From the IMG/VR virus record IMGVR_UViG_3300045988_162215: DNA of 64,000 bases. The stretch is one strand, 5' to 3'. The notes beneath the pieces were generated by a model. The model had not been told where the DNA came from, searched no databases, and saw nothing but the letters and a program-made list of their open reading frames with translations. Origin of the DNA: a virus. Shown in pieces: positions 10,240-18,113 of the stretch; within the stretch, counting starts at the first letter, position 1, and the number at the start of each line of letters is the position of its first letter. Made by a program: the position numbers and the translations under genes.

Positions 10240-11288
10240 CAGATATGTTATCGCAAAGGCTTTTTATCCTTTGCTTCTTATGGTTTCCCATAAGTTCAGC
10301 GTACCCTCTTATCTCTACTTAAAGAGATATTAGACTCTCTTGGATTTATTATATTCTAAAAATTTGTTATGTTTTCTTTCTAAGTAAATGCTATCTAATG
10401 AATAAAGTTTTTCAAACAAAGGTACTGAATAAATTGTACTAATAGAAAATTCCCATAAACCTCTATTATCTTGGTTTAAACTACTAGGTACATTTAGAAA
10501 ATTTTTTATATCTTCTAATAATTCAGACCTATGCGCACATAATCTAAATCTACAATAATCTTTATCAATAGAAATAGTGCCATCACCATCAAAAAAACCT
10601 AAAATAAAAGCATATGTTAAGTTTTTATCTTCAAATAATGGTAAATGCATTTCTTTATAAGTTTTTCTATTTACAATACCAAATTTACTTAAAGCTTCTT
10701 TTTGCGGTCCGCTACTCCAGTTTAAACGAACAACAGAAAAACCGTTACCAGTTTCTCTTTCTATAATAGGATTTTCTATTTCAAGTTCTTTTTTTATTTT
10801 TTCTAGAATCTCTTTATCAACTGCGGATAATTCTATATTGATCCTATTCCTATCTTTTTCAACCCAACCATCTGCTGCAATAAAACCTAAAATCCAAGCT
10901 TGTGTGGGCGTTTTTATATCATTAAAATATGTATGATTAACACTTTTTGCTCTAGCAGCATTTGAAATTTGATTCTGTTGAGCTTTTGTTCTTATTTGAA
11001 CATTATTAGATTCTAATATTTTTTTGACTCTATATGGAGTAATATTAAAAATTCTTGACAGTTGAGCCATAGAAGCTCCATTTGTATATTGTAAAATTAA
11101 TTCGTTGATGTCCATATCTGTAAACATACTCCTTAACAATTTTTAGTTTCAAAATCCACGCGTTGCGCGTGTTGCTTATTTTACTAAACAACTTCCGCTA
11201 GGATTGGCATGAGATATATAATCTTTTAGCTTTCCCTCTTTTAGTCTAATGTTTGCTTTATAGTTACCTATAAAGAGACCAGTTATTT
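10240..11288 (-). mobile_element. group I intron (inferred) carrying a LAGLIDADG homing endonuclease gene, inserted in Walker A codons of the ATPase gene
   Basis: P1-like pairing of exon AGACU with intron GGUCU including a U.G wobble at the splice site. P2-like hairpin CTTTATAG-GTAA-CTATAAAG. The intron ends ...AUAUCUG before exon 2 GGUAAAACC. Splicing restores the P-loop YGGWKT|GKTTTA. Confidence 0.55.
10330..11139 (-). CDS. LAGLIDADG homing endonuclease (double-motif), intron-encoded
   Basis: Two LAGLIDADG motifs: LGFIAADGWV and LGFFDGDGTI. Confidence 0.8.
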   Translation of the reverse strand: MLRSMFTDMDINELILQYTNGASMAQLSRIFNITPYRVKKILESNNVQIRTKAQQNQISNAARAKSVNHTYFNDIKTPTQAWILGFIAADGWVEKDRNRINIELSAVDKEILEKIKKELEIENPIIERETGNGFSVVRLNWSSGPQKEALSKFGIVNRKTYKEMHLPLFEDKNLTYAFILGFFDGDGTISIDKDYCRFRLCAHRSELLEDIKNFLNVPSSLNQDNRGLWEFSISTIYSVPLFEKLYSLDSIYLERKHNKFLEYNKSKRV

Positions 11289-11375
11289 AGTCTTCCAACC
11301 ACCATACAAAAACACAGAATAGCCTCTCATATCTCTACTTACCTGATGTGGTTTAATATCCATAATATTTAACAT
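11289..11375 (-). CDS. AAA_24/Sak4-like recombination ATPase, exon 1 (29 codons, ends inside Walker A)
   Basis: RBS AAAGGAG, then ATG, then MLNIMDIKPHQVSRDMRGYSVFLYGGWKT. Stop codons follow immediately. The last exon nucleotide is U and pairs with an intron guide sequence (AGACU/GGUCU). Confidence 0.5.
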
Positions 11376-11519
11376 TTTATTTTCTCCTTTTATTAAAACC
11401 AAAATTCCGTTTCAAAAAGTTCTAAAGTGATTTTTGTTTTGCAAATATGGCTGTTTGCGCTCCAAGAATAGATTTAAACCTCCAATAATGGAGGTTTAAT
11501 CTTTATCTTTTATATTTAA

Positions 11520-12473
11520 TTAGAAGTTAAATCCACCTGCTGCGGCTGGCGCAGATGCAACTGCAAATCCATTAGCTGGAGCAGCATTCTTTGAAGCAAG
11601 ATACTCATCATTTCTCTTTTTAACTTCTGCCAAATGTACTTCTCTATCAGCCTGAGCTTTCTTCATTTCATCTGCTGTAATTCCATTATCTGGATCTCCA
11701 AGAACATACTCAACAGGCTTAGCACCTGTAATCTGCCATTCTCTTACATTTCTCTCTTCTCTCTCTACAGAAACTCCGCCAAAAGCATTCTCTTTCTGAA
11801 CTTCTCTTGTAAGAGTAGCATTTACAATATTTCCCCAAACACCAGTAAACAAAGGATTTTCTTTTGAAATATTCTTACTCAAGAAATACTTAATACCATT
11901 TTCATCCTTACAAACGAAATCAACTGGTAAAAGCGCACCTTTAAAGTTGAATACATATCCGCTTATCTGAAGATATGGCTTCTCAATGCCCTTCTCAGGA
12001 TTAGCTTCAATATCCTTTACCTTATTAATGTACATATCAACATCAAAGTAATTTCTCTTATCTGGCTCAAACTTAGAAAGAGTTGTAATAAAACCGCCCT
12101 CATTTCTCTTTGCAGCTACATAAGTTTCATTACCATCGCGGTTTGAAATAAAATCATTAACATCAAGTGAAGTATCACACTTAACGATAGTTGCATTCTC
12201 TTTTCCATCACTAAGAACAGTCTTACCGTTTTCAATAATGTTCTTTAATACGCCAAAACTAGCGTTCTTATTGCCCTTTGAAGTAAGCTCTTTTACAAAT
12301 GTATAATGTACTGTAATAACATTTGTACAATCTTCATCAGTTGCAATATCAATCGTTCCTGAAATATAAGGCTTACCAAAATTATCAGATTCTTTGTTCT
12401 GAACTGTCTTAATAGCTAACTTATGCTCATAAATATAACCTTTAATAATTTCTTGATTCTTTACTTTTCTCAT
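11520..12473 (-). CDS. hypothetical protein (possibly ssDNA-binding; Gly/Ala-rich C-terminus)
   Basis: No defining motif. Sits between the recombination ATPase and the nucleotide-metabolism genes. GC-rich 3' end. Confidence 0.35.
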   Translation of the reverse strand: MRKVKNQEIIKGYIYEHKLAIKTVQNKESDNFGKPYISGTIDIATDEDCTNVITVHYTFVKELTSKGNKNASFGVLKNIIENGKTVLSDGKENATIVKCDTSLDVNDFISNRDGNETYVAAKRNEGGFITTLSKFEPDKRNYFDVDMYINKVKDIEANPEKGIEKPYLQISGYVFNFKGALLPVDFVCKDENGIKYFLSKNISKENPLFTGVWGNIVNATLTREVQKENAFGGVSVEREERNVREWQITGAKPVEYVLGDPDNGITADEMKKAQADREVHLAEVKKRNDEYLASKNAAPANGFAVASAPAAAGGFNF

Positions 12474-12516
12474 TAACTTTTCTCCTTAATTTTGTTTATT
12501 TATTTACTATAATTAT

Positions 12517-12545
12517 ATTATACCAAAAATTTTGAAGTTAATCAA
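12517..12545 (-). promoter_or_regulatory. promoter TTGATT-N17-TGGTATAAT
   Basis: Upstream of 11520..12473. Confidence 0.55.
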
Positions 12546-12547
12546 TT

Positions 12548-12922
12548 TTATTCCACATCAAATTTAACTTTTTCGCCCATTGTAGAGAGCAAATATGTTA
12601 CAGGAGAACCTTCAATTTTTTCTACATAACCGTCATTAACTAATTTACGTAACGCGCCAGACGAGCCATGGGAACTTATAGCAAGACCTTCCGCGATAGA
12701 TTTCGCAGTAAACATGTTACTATAAGTGGCTTTATTCTCTTGCATAAAAGTTAAAACTCGTTTACCATTCTCAGTAAAAGTAGTTTCTTTTACTCCCATA
12801 TTTGATGCAACAAGAGCATTAAAAAATTCAAGCGCATCCTGTGATAAAGTAATCTTATTAGAATTTAATTGATTTTGAATTTCGTTAATAAAAATTTCCT
12901 TTTTACTCATTTTATTTTCCAT
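12548..12922 (-). CDS. small winged-helix-like DNA-binding protein (paralog family with 15448..15723 and 61536..61958)
   Basis: Shared pattern SIAEGL....G...LRKLV..GYV....G....Y.L with the other two proteins. Confidence 0.35.
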   Translation of the reverse strand: MENKMSKKEIFINEIQNQLNSNKITLSQDALEFFNALVASNMGVKETTFTENGKRVLTFMQENKATYSNMFTAKSIAEGLAISSHGSSGALRKLVNDGYVEKIEGSPVTYLLSTMGEKVKFDVE

Positions 12923-12942
12923 CCTTTTTTAGTATATTATAA

Positions 12943-12970
12943 TTATATCATATTTTTTAATTAAAGTCAA
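12943..12970 (-). promoter_or_regulatory. promoter TTGACT-N17-TGATATAAT
   Basis: Upstream of 12548..12922. Confidence 0.55.
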
Positions 12971-12974
12971 ATAA

Positions 12975-13760
12975 TTACAATCCCATAATTCTGATTATTT
13001 CATCAACAGATACTATGGAACTACCTGCTTCTTTTAACGCGTCCAACAATTTTTTATATTGTTTACCATAGAATAGTAATTGATCATGTTCATCCTTTGT
13101 AGGGCGGCGGCCGCAACATTTTTTCTCTGTACAGAAACCACATACATCGCACTTTGGTATAAAATATTCATCAACAATAGTCTCCCATTCTCCAGAATAT
13201 TTACAAAGTGCTTTCATAATATCTAACATTAACTGTCTAAATTCCCAATATGCTCTATTACATAATCTCTGATGAGACATATCAATTAAATGTCTAAGGT
13301 TTGTTCTTACTACTACTTTTGTTGTCATACCTATTGGAAGAATATTTGCAATATCTTCTCTTGGTATATTTTGTTCCTCTAACTCTTTATAAGTATCTGA
13401 TACAATAGTTATATAATTTTCATATGTATCTTTTACTTCTTTAGATTTTTTTATTGAAGGTGGAACAATAGATTCAACATTATTATAATCAATATATCTA
13501 GTGCTTGCTTGAAGTCGAGTCGGACCTCCTGCAATATGCGTATAAAATTCTCTAATAACTCTTGCAGAATATCCTTCTAAAATCATATATACTTGCGGGT
13601 ACTCCGCGGTCCGCATATGCCCAGAACTCAAGCAGTCTAGTCCTCTACGATAATTTTTTATTTGGTCTGTTGTATCTGCATTCCAACATATACCAGCTTC
13701 TTCGCCTATCATTGAGATAGGCGTTTCAGTGGTATATTTTTGAATAATAACTTTACCCAT
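12975..13760 (-). CDS. thyX: flavin-dependent thymidylate synthase ThyX-like
   Basis: THIAGGPTRLQASTRY resembles the ThyX RHRx7S motif region. Size and context fit. Confidence 0.5.
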   Translation of the reverse strand: MGKVIIQKYTTETPISMIGEEAGICWNADTTDQIKNYRRGLDCLSSGHMRTAEYPQVYMILEGYSARVIREFYTHIAGGPTRLQASTRYIDYNNVESIVPPSIKKSKEVKDTYENYITIVSDTYKELEEQNIPREDIANILPIGMTTKVVVRTNLRHLIDMSHQRLCNRAYWEFRQLMLDIMKALCKYSGEWETIVDEYFIPKCDVCGFCTEKKCCGRRPTKDEHDQLLFYGKQYKKLLDALKEAGSSIVSVDEIIRIMGL

Positions 13761-14389
13761 TAAATTAGCTCCTTTAATATTTCATCACAAACGCCCAAGT
13801 TAAGTGCTTCTGAAGCTAACATCCACCAATCATCGCGGCGATGCTTTTCATATAGTTCTTCATCAATGTTAGTATTAGAAATGGTAATTTGTTTTAATAC
13901 TTCTAATTGCTTATCATAAAACTCAGCAAAATTTCTAAACTTACCAGCGTCTCCACCATTTGCAGTTGAACCTTCATGGTACAAGAAAGTTGAATTTGGA
14001 TAACAATATCTCTTATGACCTGAAATAAAAATAAAGAAACCGCCACTATATGCACAACCAACACAAATAGTATAAACAGGAGTCTTAGAGAGTTTTATTG
14101 CATCAATTACAGTTAGAGTGTCTGTTAAACTACCGCCAGGAGAATCTATATAAATTCTAATCGGCTTTCTATCTGTAGGCTGAATATTATGATCTTCATC
14201 ATATCTATTCCAAAAACGAATTACTGTATCAACTGCAATACCAACACCTTCTGTAATATCTCCGATATAAAGTTGTCTATCAAGAGAATTGCTATAATCC
14301 AATATCTTTTCAAAATCTATTTTTGAACTATCCTCTTGCAAAACTGGGCTGTCACCAAGCAAATCATTTAAGTAGTCATTAAAATCCAT
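13760..14389 (-). CDS. ClpP-like serine protease
   Basis: IYIDSPGGS, GCAYSGG (catalytic Ser), LYHEGS (His), like the ClpP core. Confidence 0.7.
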   Translation of the reverse strand: MDFNDYLNDLLGDSPVLQEDSSKIDFEKILDYSNSLDRQLYIGDITEGVGIAVDTVIRFWNRYDEDHNIQPTDRKPIRIYIDSPGGSLTDTLTVIDAIKLSKTPVYTICVGCAYSGGFFIFISGHKRYCYPNSTFLYHEGSTANGGDAGKFRNFAEFYDKQLEVLKQITISNTNIDEELYEKHRRDDWWMLASEALNLGVCDEILKELI

Positions 14390-14401
14390 ATCCTAGCCTC
14401 C

Positions 14402-15391
14402 TTATTTATTTCCTTTTGTACTGTTGAAACCATAATTATAAGCATCATAAAGATTGATATAATATTTTTCTTTTTCATCAAGTTTTTCTCTTGGACATTC
14501 TTCTAATAATTCCCAAGAATAAGAATCTAATCCATATTCAAGCATATCTTTATAAAGTTTGTTTCCTTGCGGGGTGTCGATTCCGAGCCCGCATTTCGCG
14601 TGTTGCTTCCACCTAGAAGCCAGGTCTACGCTCTGACCAATATAGCACATATCTGTTTTTTGATTTGTGATTTTATAAATGCCTGTAACAATAGAGGTAC
14701 CTAGAACATTATTACATAATTCATTCATTCTTTTCTGATAAAAGGTTGACCAAATTAACATACTTAATACTCTAGGTTTATTTAATCGAGGTCGAATAGA
14801 TTCTAATGCTTGAATATCATTTTTTTCTGATTCTGGAATTGATAAACAATAGAAAGAAAGCTTCTCCTTTATCTCTTTTTCTTTAAGCGCGGCCGCGCGT
14901 GTGGCGTCCCTAGTTGACTTAATAGATGCTAGCTCATCCTGAACCCGCGACAACTCAGCTAAGCACTCTTTCTGTTGTTGTGAATATGATTCTTTTAAAA
15001 CTTCAATTCTTTTATCGTATTCTATTGTTTTCTTTTCATAATCATTATTAAGCAATTCAAAATATTGCTCAAAAGCTTTTTGAGATAATGCTTTTTGATT
15101 TGAAAAGGCTTTGTCTACTTTATCTTTTATATTTTCTAAACGATCTAGTGTTTCTTGTTCTTGTCTTTTAGAAGCAGTATTTAATGTTTCTAAATAATTA
15201 GCTTCTTCATTTAAGTTTAATAATTGTTTTTTTAATTCTTCGTTTTTACTTTCAATTATTCTATTTTCATTATCTGTTTTTTCATTTAATATATGTATAT
15301 TCTTATTATCTTTTTTTATTTTAATATAATTAAATAGAAGAATCAATAAGATAATTATTAAAATAAGAATAATATATATTATAAGTATCAA
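14402..15391 (-). CDS. GIY-YIG nuclease-domain protein with N-terminal transmembrane helix and long coiled coil
   Basis: N-terminal ILIIYIILILIIILLILLF. Central heptad-rich region. C-terminal GIYKITN...YIGQS...R..H GIY-YIG motif. Confidence 0.6.
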   Translation of the reverse strand: MILIIYIILILIIILLILLFNYIKIKKDNKNIHILNEKTDNENRIIESKNEELKKQLLNLNEEANYLETLNTASKRQEQETLDRLENIKDKVDKAFSNQKALSQKAFEQYFELLNNDYEKKTIEYDKRIEVLKESYSQQQKECLAELSRVQDELASIKSTRDATRAAALKEKEIKEKLSFYCLSIPESEKNDIQALESIRPRLNKPRVLSMLIWSTFYQKRMNELCNNVLGTSIVTGIYKITNQKTDMCYIGQSVDLASRWKQHAKCGLGIDTPQGNKLYKDMLEYGLDSYSWELLEECPREKLDEKEKYYINLYDAYNYGFNSTKGNK

Positions 15392-15447
15392 CTCCTATAA
15401 AAAAATAGGATTAGGATATTACTATCCTAATCCTTTAAATACATGAA

Positions 15448-15723
15448 TTACTCAGCAGCAACTTCTGCGTCTGGATCGAAAGCGTATCCTTCGTCTGTAA
15501 GCTTAATAAACTTAACTGGCTTATGTGAACCATCTGCATTCTCAATCTCAGCTGGAATTCTCTCAGCGAGACCCTTTCTCTGGAGACCTGCTGTTACGAT
15601 ACCGTCAACTGACTTCTTCGGAATATCAAGTGCCTCTGCGATGTCTGCGCTTGTAACATTATCGCTCTTGTCCAGTCCCTTCAAATAATCTAATACCTGT
15701 CTTGTCTTATCACTCATTGCCAT
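15448..15723 (-). CDS. small winged-helix-like DNA-binding protein (paralog family)
   Basis: SADIAEALDIPKKSVDGIV..L..KGL. Coding region markedly GC-richer than surroundings. Confidence 0.4.
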   Translation of the reverse strand: MAMSDKTRQVLDYLKGLDKSDNVTSADIAEALDIPKKSVDGIVTAGLQRKGLAERIPAEIENADGSHKPVKFIKLTDEGYAFDPDAEVAAE

Positions 15724-15783
15724 TTTCGTGTACTCCTTTTAAATAATTATTTTTTATTTAGTGCATTAACACTTTATATAATG

Positions 15784-15812
15784 ATTATACCAAAAAATTT
15801 TTAAGAAATCAA
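15784..15812 (-). promoter_or_regulatory. promoter TTGATT-N17-TGGTATAAT
   Basis: Upstream of 15448..15723. Confidence 0.5.
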
Positions 15813-15988
15813 ATCTTTGCTCTTATTAGCTCATCTATTTTATAGACATCTTCTTCATCTAAATCATTTACCAAGCTAGCCATCTTAGCTAAATTTTCTG
15901 ATACATTATTACCTTTTTGACACTCTTGCTCTAATTGAGCAATCTGATTAGCAATTTTTCTTAATTGCTTATTAGATAACTGTTTCAT
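15810..15988 (-). CDS. small hypothetical protein (about 59 aa)
   Basis: MKQLSNKQLRKIANQIAQLEQECQ.... Strong RBS taaggag, directly downstream of consensus promoter 16033-16061. Confidence 0.3.
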
Positions 15989-16032
15989 AATACTCCTTAA
16001 AATTATTTATGGTATTTCTTTTTTACAAGTAT

Positions 16033-16061
16033 ATTATATAAAAAATTTTATATTTTTTCAA
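16033..16061 (-). promoter_or_regulatory. promoter TTGAAA-N17-TATAAT
   Basis: Upstream of the small ORF 15810..15988. Confidence 0.5.
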
Positions 16062-16140
16062 CTTATAGATACCATAAACCCTGTTGTGCTTTTATTTTTT
16101 AGAAGGTATTATTACTTACAAAATTTTTTAATACGATTAA

Positions 16141-17220
16141 CTACTTTTGACCAAAGACGTCTACCAATCTACAATCTTTAGCATCTTTATCTTCTCGCAT
16201 AAATTTGAAAAAACCATGTCTAATTGTATGTTCATTCTTGTCTAATTCCATACATTGGATTGCACAAACCTTATTAAGATATTTTTCTGGATTCTTAGAC
16301 ATATCTTCTTTCATTTCATCAGATATACCTGAATGAATTGTTCCTATATTAACAATAGAACCATTCTCATTATAAACTCCAATTTTAATTCTCGAATTGC
16401 ACCATCCCATATAATATGGTTTTGTTACTGCAATCTCTTCTCCATTATCTCCAATTACCCAATATTGCCAACTCTCAATTTCTTTTCCATAATACTCTTT
16501 AGTTGGCTCTTCAAAACCAATAACAACAGCATCTATGAAATCAACTTTCTTTGCTTTAAGCATTGTAGTTGGGCGCTTACCAGGTTCATAAATACCATCT
16601 TTCTTTTTAATTACCATGCCTTCTTCTCCCGCGGCAAGGGCATCTCCAATCTGGCTATAGAGATCTTCTGTCTCGGCCGCCGCAAGTTCCAAAAAATCAT
16701 ATTTATCTAAGCCATGTAAATAATAGATTTTTTTAAGAATACTGTATCTTGTCCAATTATTAGTTTTACTCTCTACAAAATCTATATTTTTATACATCAA
16801 TATATCGTGAATATAGTAATGAATCTTACCATAAGAGCCATTCTGCCTTTCAATCGCTTTTGTTGGTAAACAACCCATAATGCTAGTTACATTTTTTGAA
16901 CTACCATTTGGATAATAGATCTCTCCAACTAGGATTGTTCCATCTGGAAGAGAACTAAGTGCATCTACGATATGTGGAACATTAGCACTCTTCTCAGATT
17001 GAAGTCCTGTTACTGTGCTTGCACTACGAGAAAAGAGATAAGAATTATGCTCATATTTTTCATATTGATACCAATAACCATCTTTTTTTAGTTCGCCAAA
17101 ATATTCTCCACTATTACAAGCGGATTTCAATAAACTCTCTGTTCCTTTTGAAATTTTTTGAGCTTCGTACATTTTTGCTCCTGGATATAATTCTTGTATT
17201 TTCTCTTTATTAAAACTCAT
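16141..17220 (-). CDS. ATP-dependent DNA ligase
   Basis: Nucleotidyltransferase motif I GELKKDGY (KxDG). EGMVIKKKDG motif. Confidence 0.6.
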   Translation of the reverse strand: MSFNKEKIQELYPGAKMYEAQKISKGTESLLKSACNSGEYFGELKKDGYWYQYEKYEHNSYLFSRSASTVTGLQSEKSANVPHIVDALSSLPDGTILVGEIYYPNGSSKNVTSIMGCLPTKAIERQNGSYGKIHYYIHDILMYKNIDFVESKTNNWTRYSILKKIYYLHGLDKYDFLELAAAETEDLYSQIGDALAAGEEGMVIKKKDGIYEPGKRPTTMLKAKKVDFIDAVVIGFEEPTKEYYGKEIESWQYWVIGDNGEEIAVTKPYYMGWCNSRIKIGVYNENGSIVNIGTIHSGISDEMKEDMSKNPEKYLNKVCAIQCMELDKNEHTIRHGFFKFMREDKDAKDCRLVDVFGQK

Positions 17221-17241
17221 TGTGCAAATCCTTTCTATATA

Positions 17242-17973
17242 TTACCAATCAACAGCAATATCAACTTGATTTGGATCGCTTGCTGCGAATCCACCAGTAT
17301 CTAAAACAATACCTGTACCTAGAGAAGTTTCTACTGTTGAACCTCTTGGGTGTGTATCAAGATTTGCTGCTACAATCACATAATCTCCATACATTTTAAC
17401 ACCATCTTCTCTAATCCAATATTCTCCTTGAATACCTTGCGCTTGTGCATTAGAAACAACGCCATTCATATCCAAATTATAATAAGTTTCTTTTCCAGTC
17501 GGTCCATAATATACGCCACCGCTTGGTGTTAAACAAGAACCATCATTTTGATAAGAATATGTTTGAACTGGCTCAGTTTGATAAGATATATTTGAATTTG
17601 AAGATGGCGCAGATTCCTGTACTACAGGCTCTTGTTCTTCTTCTTTATCCAAATTTTCTTTTTCTAATTCATCAAGGTTTTCTTGAAGTTCAGTTATTTT
17701 TTCTTCTAACTGCGTTTTTTCTTCACTAAGAGTGTCTAACTGCTTATTCAAATCAGTTAAAGACGCGTCCCTAGCTTCGACTGCATCTGTTAGTGTTGCA
17801 ATCTGCTCATTCATTATAGAGTTCTGACCTTCTAACTCTCTTGTTATAGTGATAGTACACATTGCAAATCCAAGACAATACATTGCAAAAAAAAGTATAA
17901 ACATCACTATATTCGATTTAGTAATAATTTTCATAATCTCCTCCTGTTTATGAGCAGGATTAAAAATGTACAT
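17242..17973 (-). CDS. 3D-domain (MltA/YuiC-like) cell-wall-binding or hydrolase protein with N-terminal TM helix and coiled coil
   Basis: C-terminal GGVYYGP...YVIVAANLDTHPRGSTV...GIVLDTGGF...DIAV 3D-domain pattern. Confidence 0.5.
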   Translation of the reverse strand: MYIFNPAHKQEEIMKIITKSNIVMFILFFAMYCLGFAMCTITITRELEGQNSIMNEQIATLTDAVEARDASLTDLNKQLDTLSEEKTQLEEKITELQENLDELEKENLDKEEEQEPVVQESAPSSNSNISYQTEPVQTYSYQNDGSCLTPSGGVYYGPTGKETYYNLDMNGVVSNAQAQGIQGEYWIREDGVKMYGDYVIVAANLDTHPRGSTVETSLGTGIVLDTGGFAASDPNQVDIAVDW

Positions 17974-18046
17974 TATATATGAAATCAGTTATTACATCAT
18001 TTAACAATTTTGTAATTAAAATGTAACAATTTCATTTCATATATAT

Positions 18047-18076
18047 ATTATATCAAAAATTTTTTAATTTTTCAAT
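18047..18076 (-). promoter_or_regulatory. promoter TTGAAA-N17-TGATATAAT
   Basis: Upstream of 17242..17973, just after the terminator of the topoisomerase operon. Confidence 0.55.
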
Positions 18077-18108
18077 AAATTAAAATAAAGCGCGGCTTCC
18101 GCCACGCT
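18077..18108 (-). terminator. intrinsic terminator after the topoisomerase genes
   Basis: AGCGTGGC-GGAA-GCCGCGCT plus TTTATTTTAATTT on the minus strand. Confidence 0.55.
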
Positions 18109-18113
18109 ATATC

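Noticed and set aside
10200-10330. Programmed +1 frameshift at the AAAAA run to explain the P-loop lying upstream of the ATPase ORF
   Set aside because: The intron model (separate exon 1 with RBS, P1 pairing with U.G, LAGLIDADG ORF, in-frame restoration of YGGWKT|GKTTTA) explains the data better.
11474-11499. Hairpin TTAAACCTCC-AATAAT-GGAGGTTTAA as a terminator after 11520..12473
   Set aside because: Downstream tract on the minus strand is only weakly U-rich (ATCTATTCTT). Kept as uncertain, not listed as a feature.
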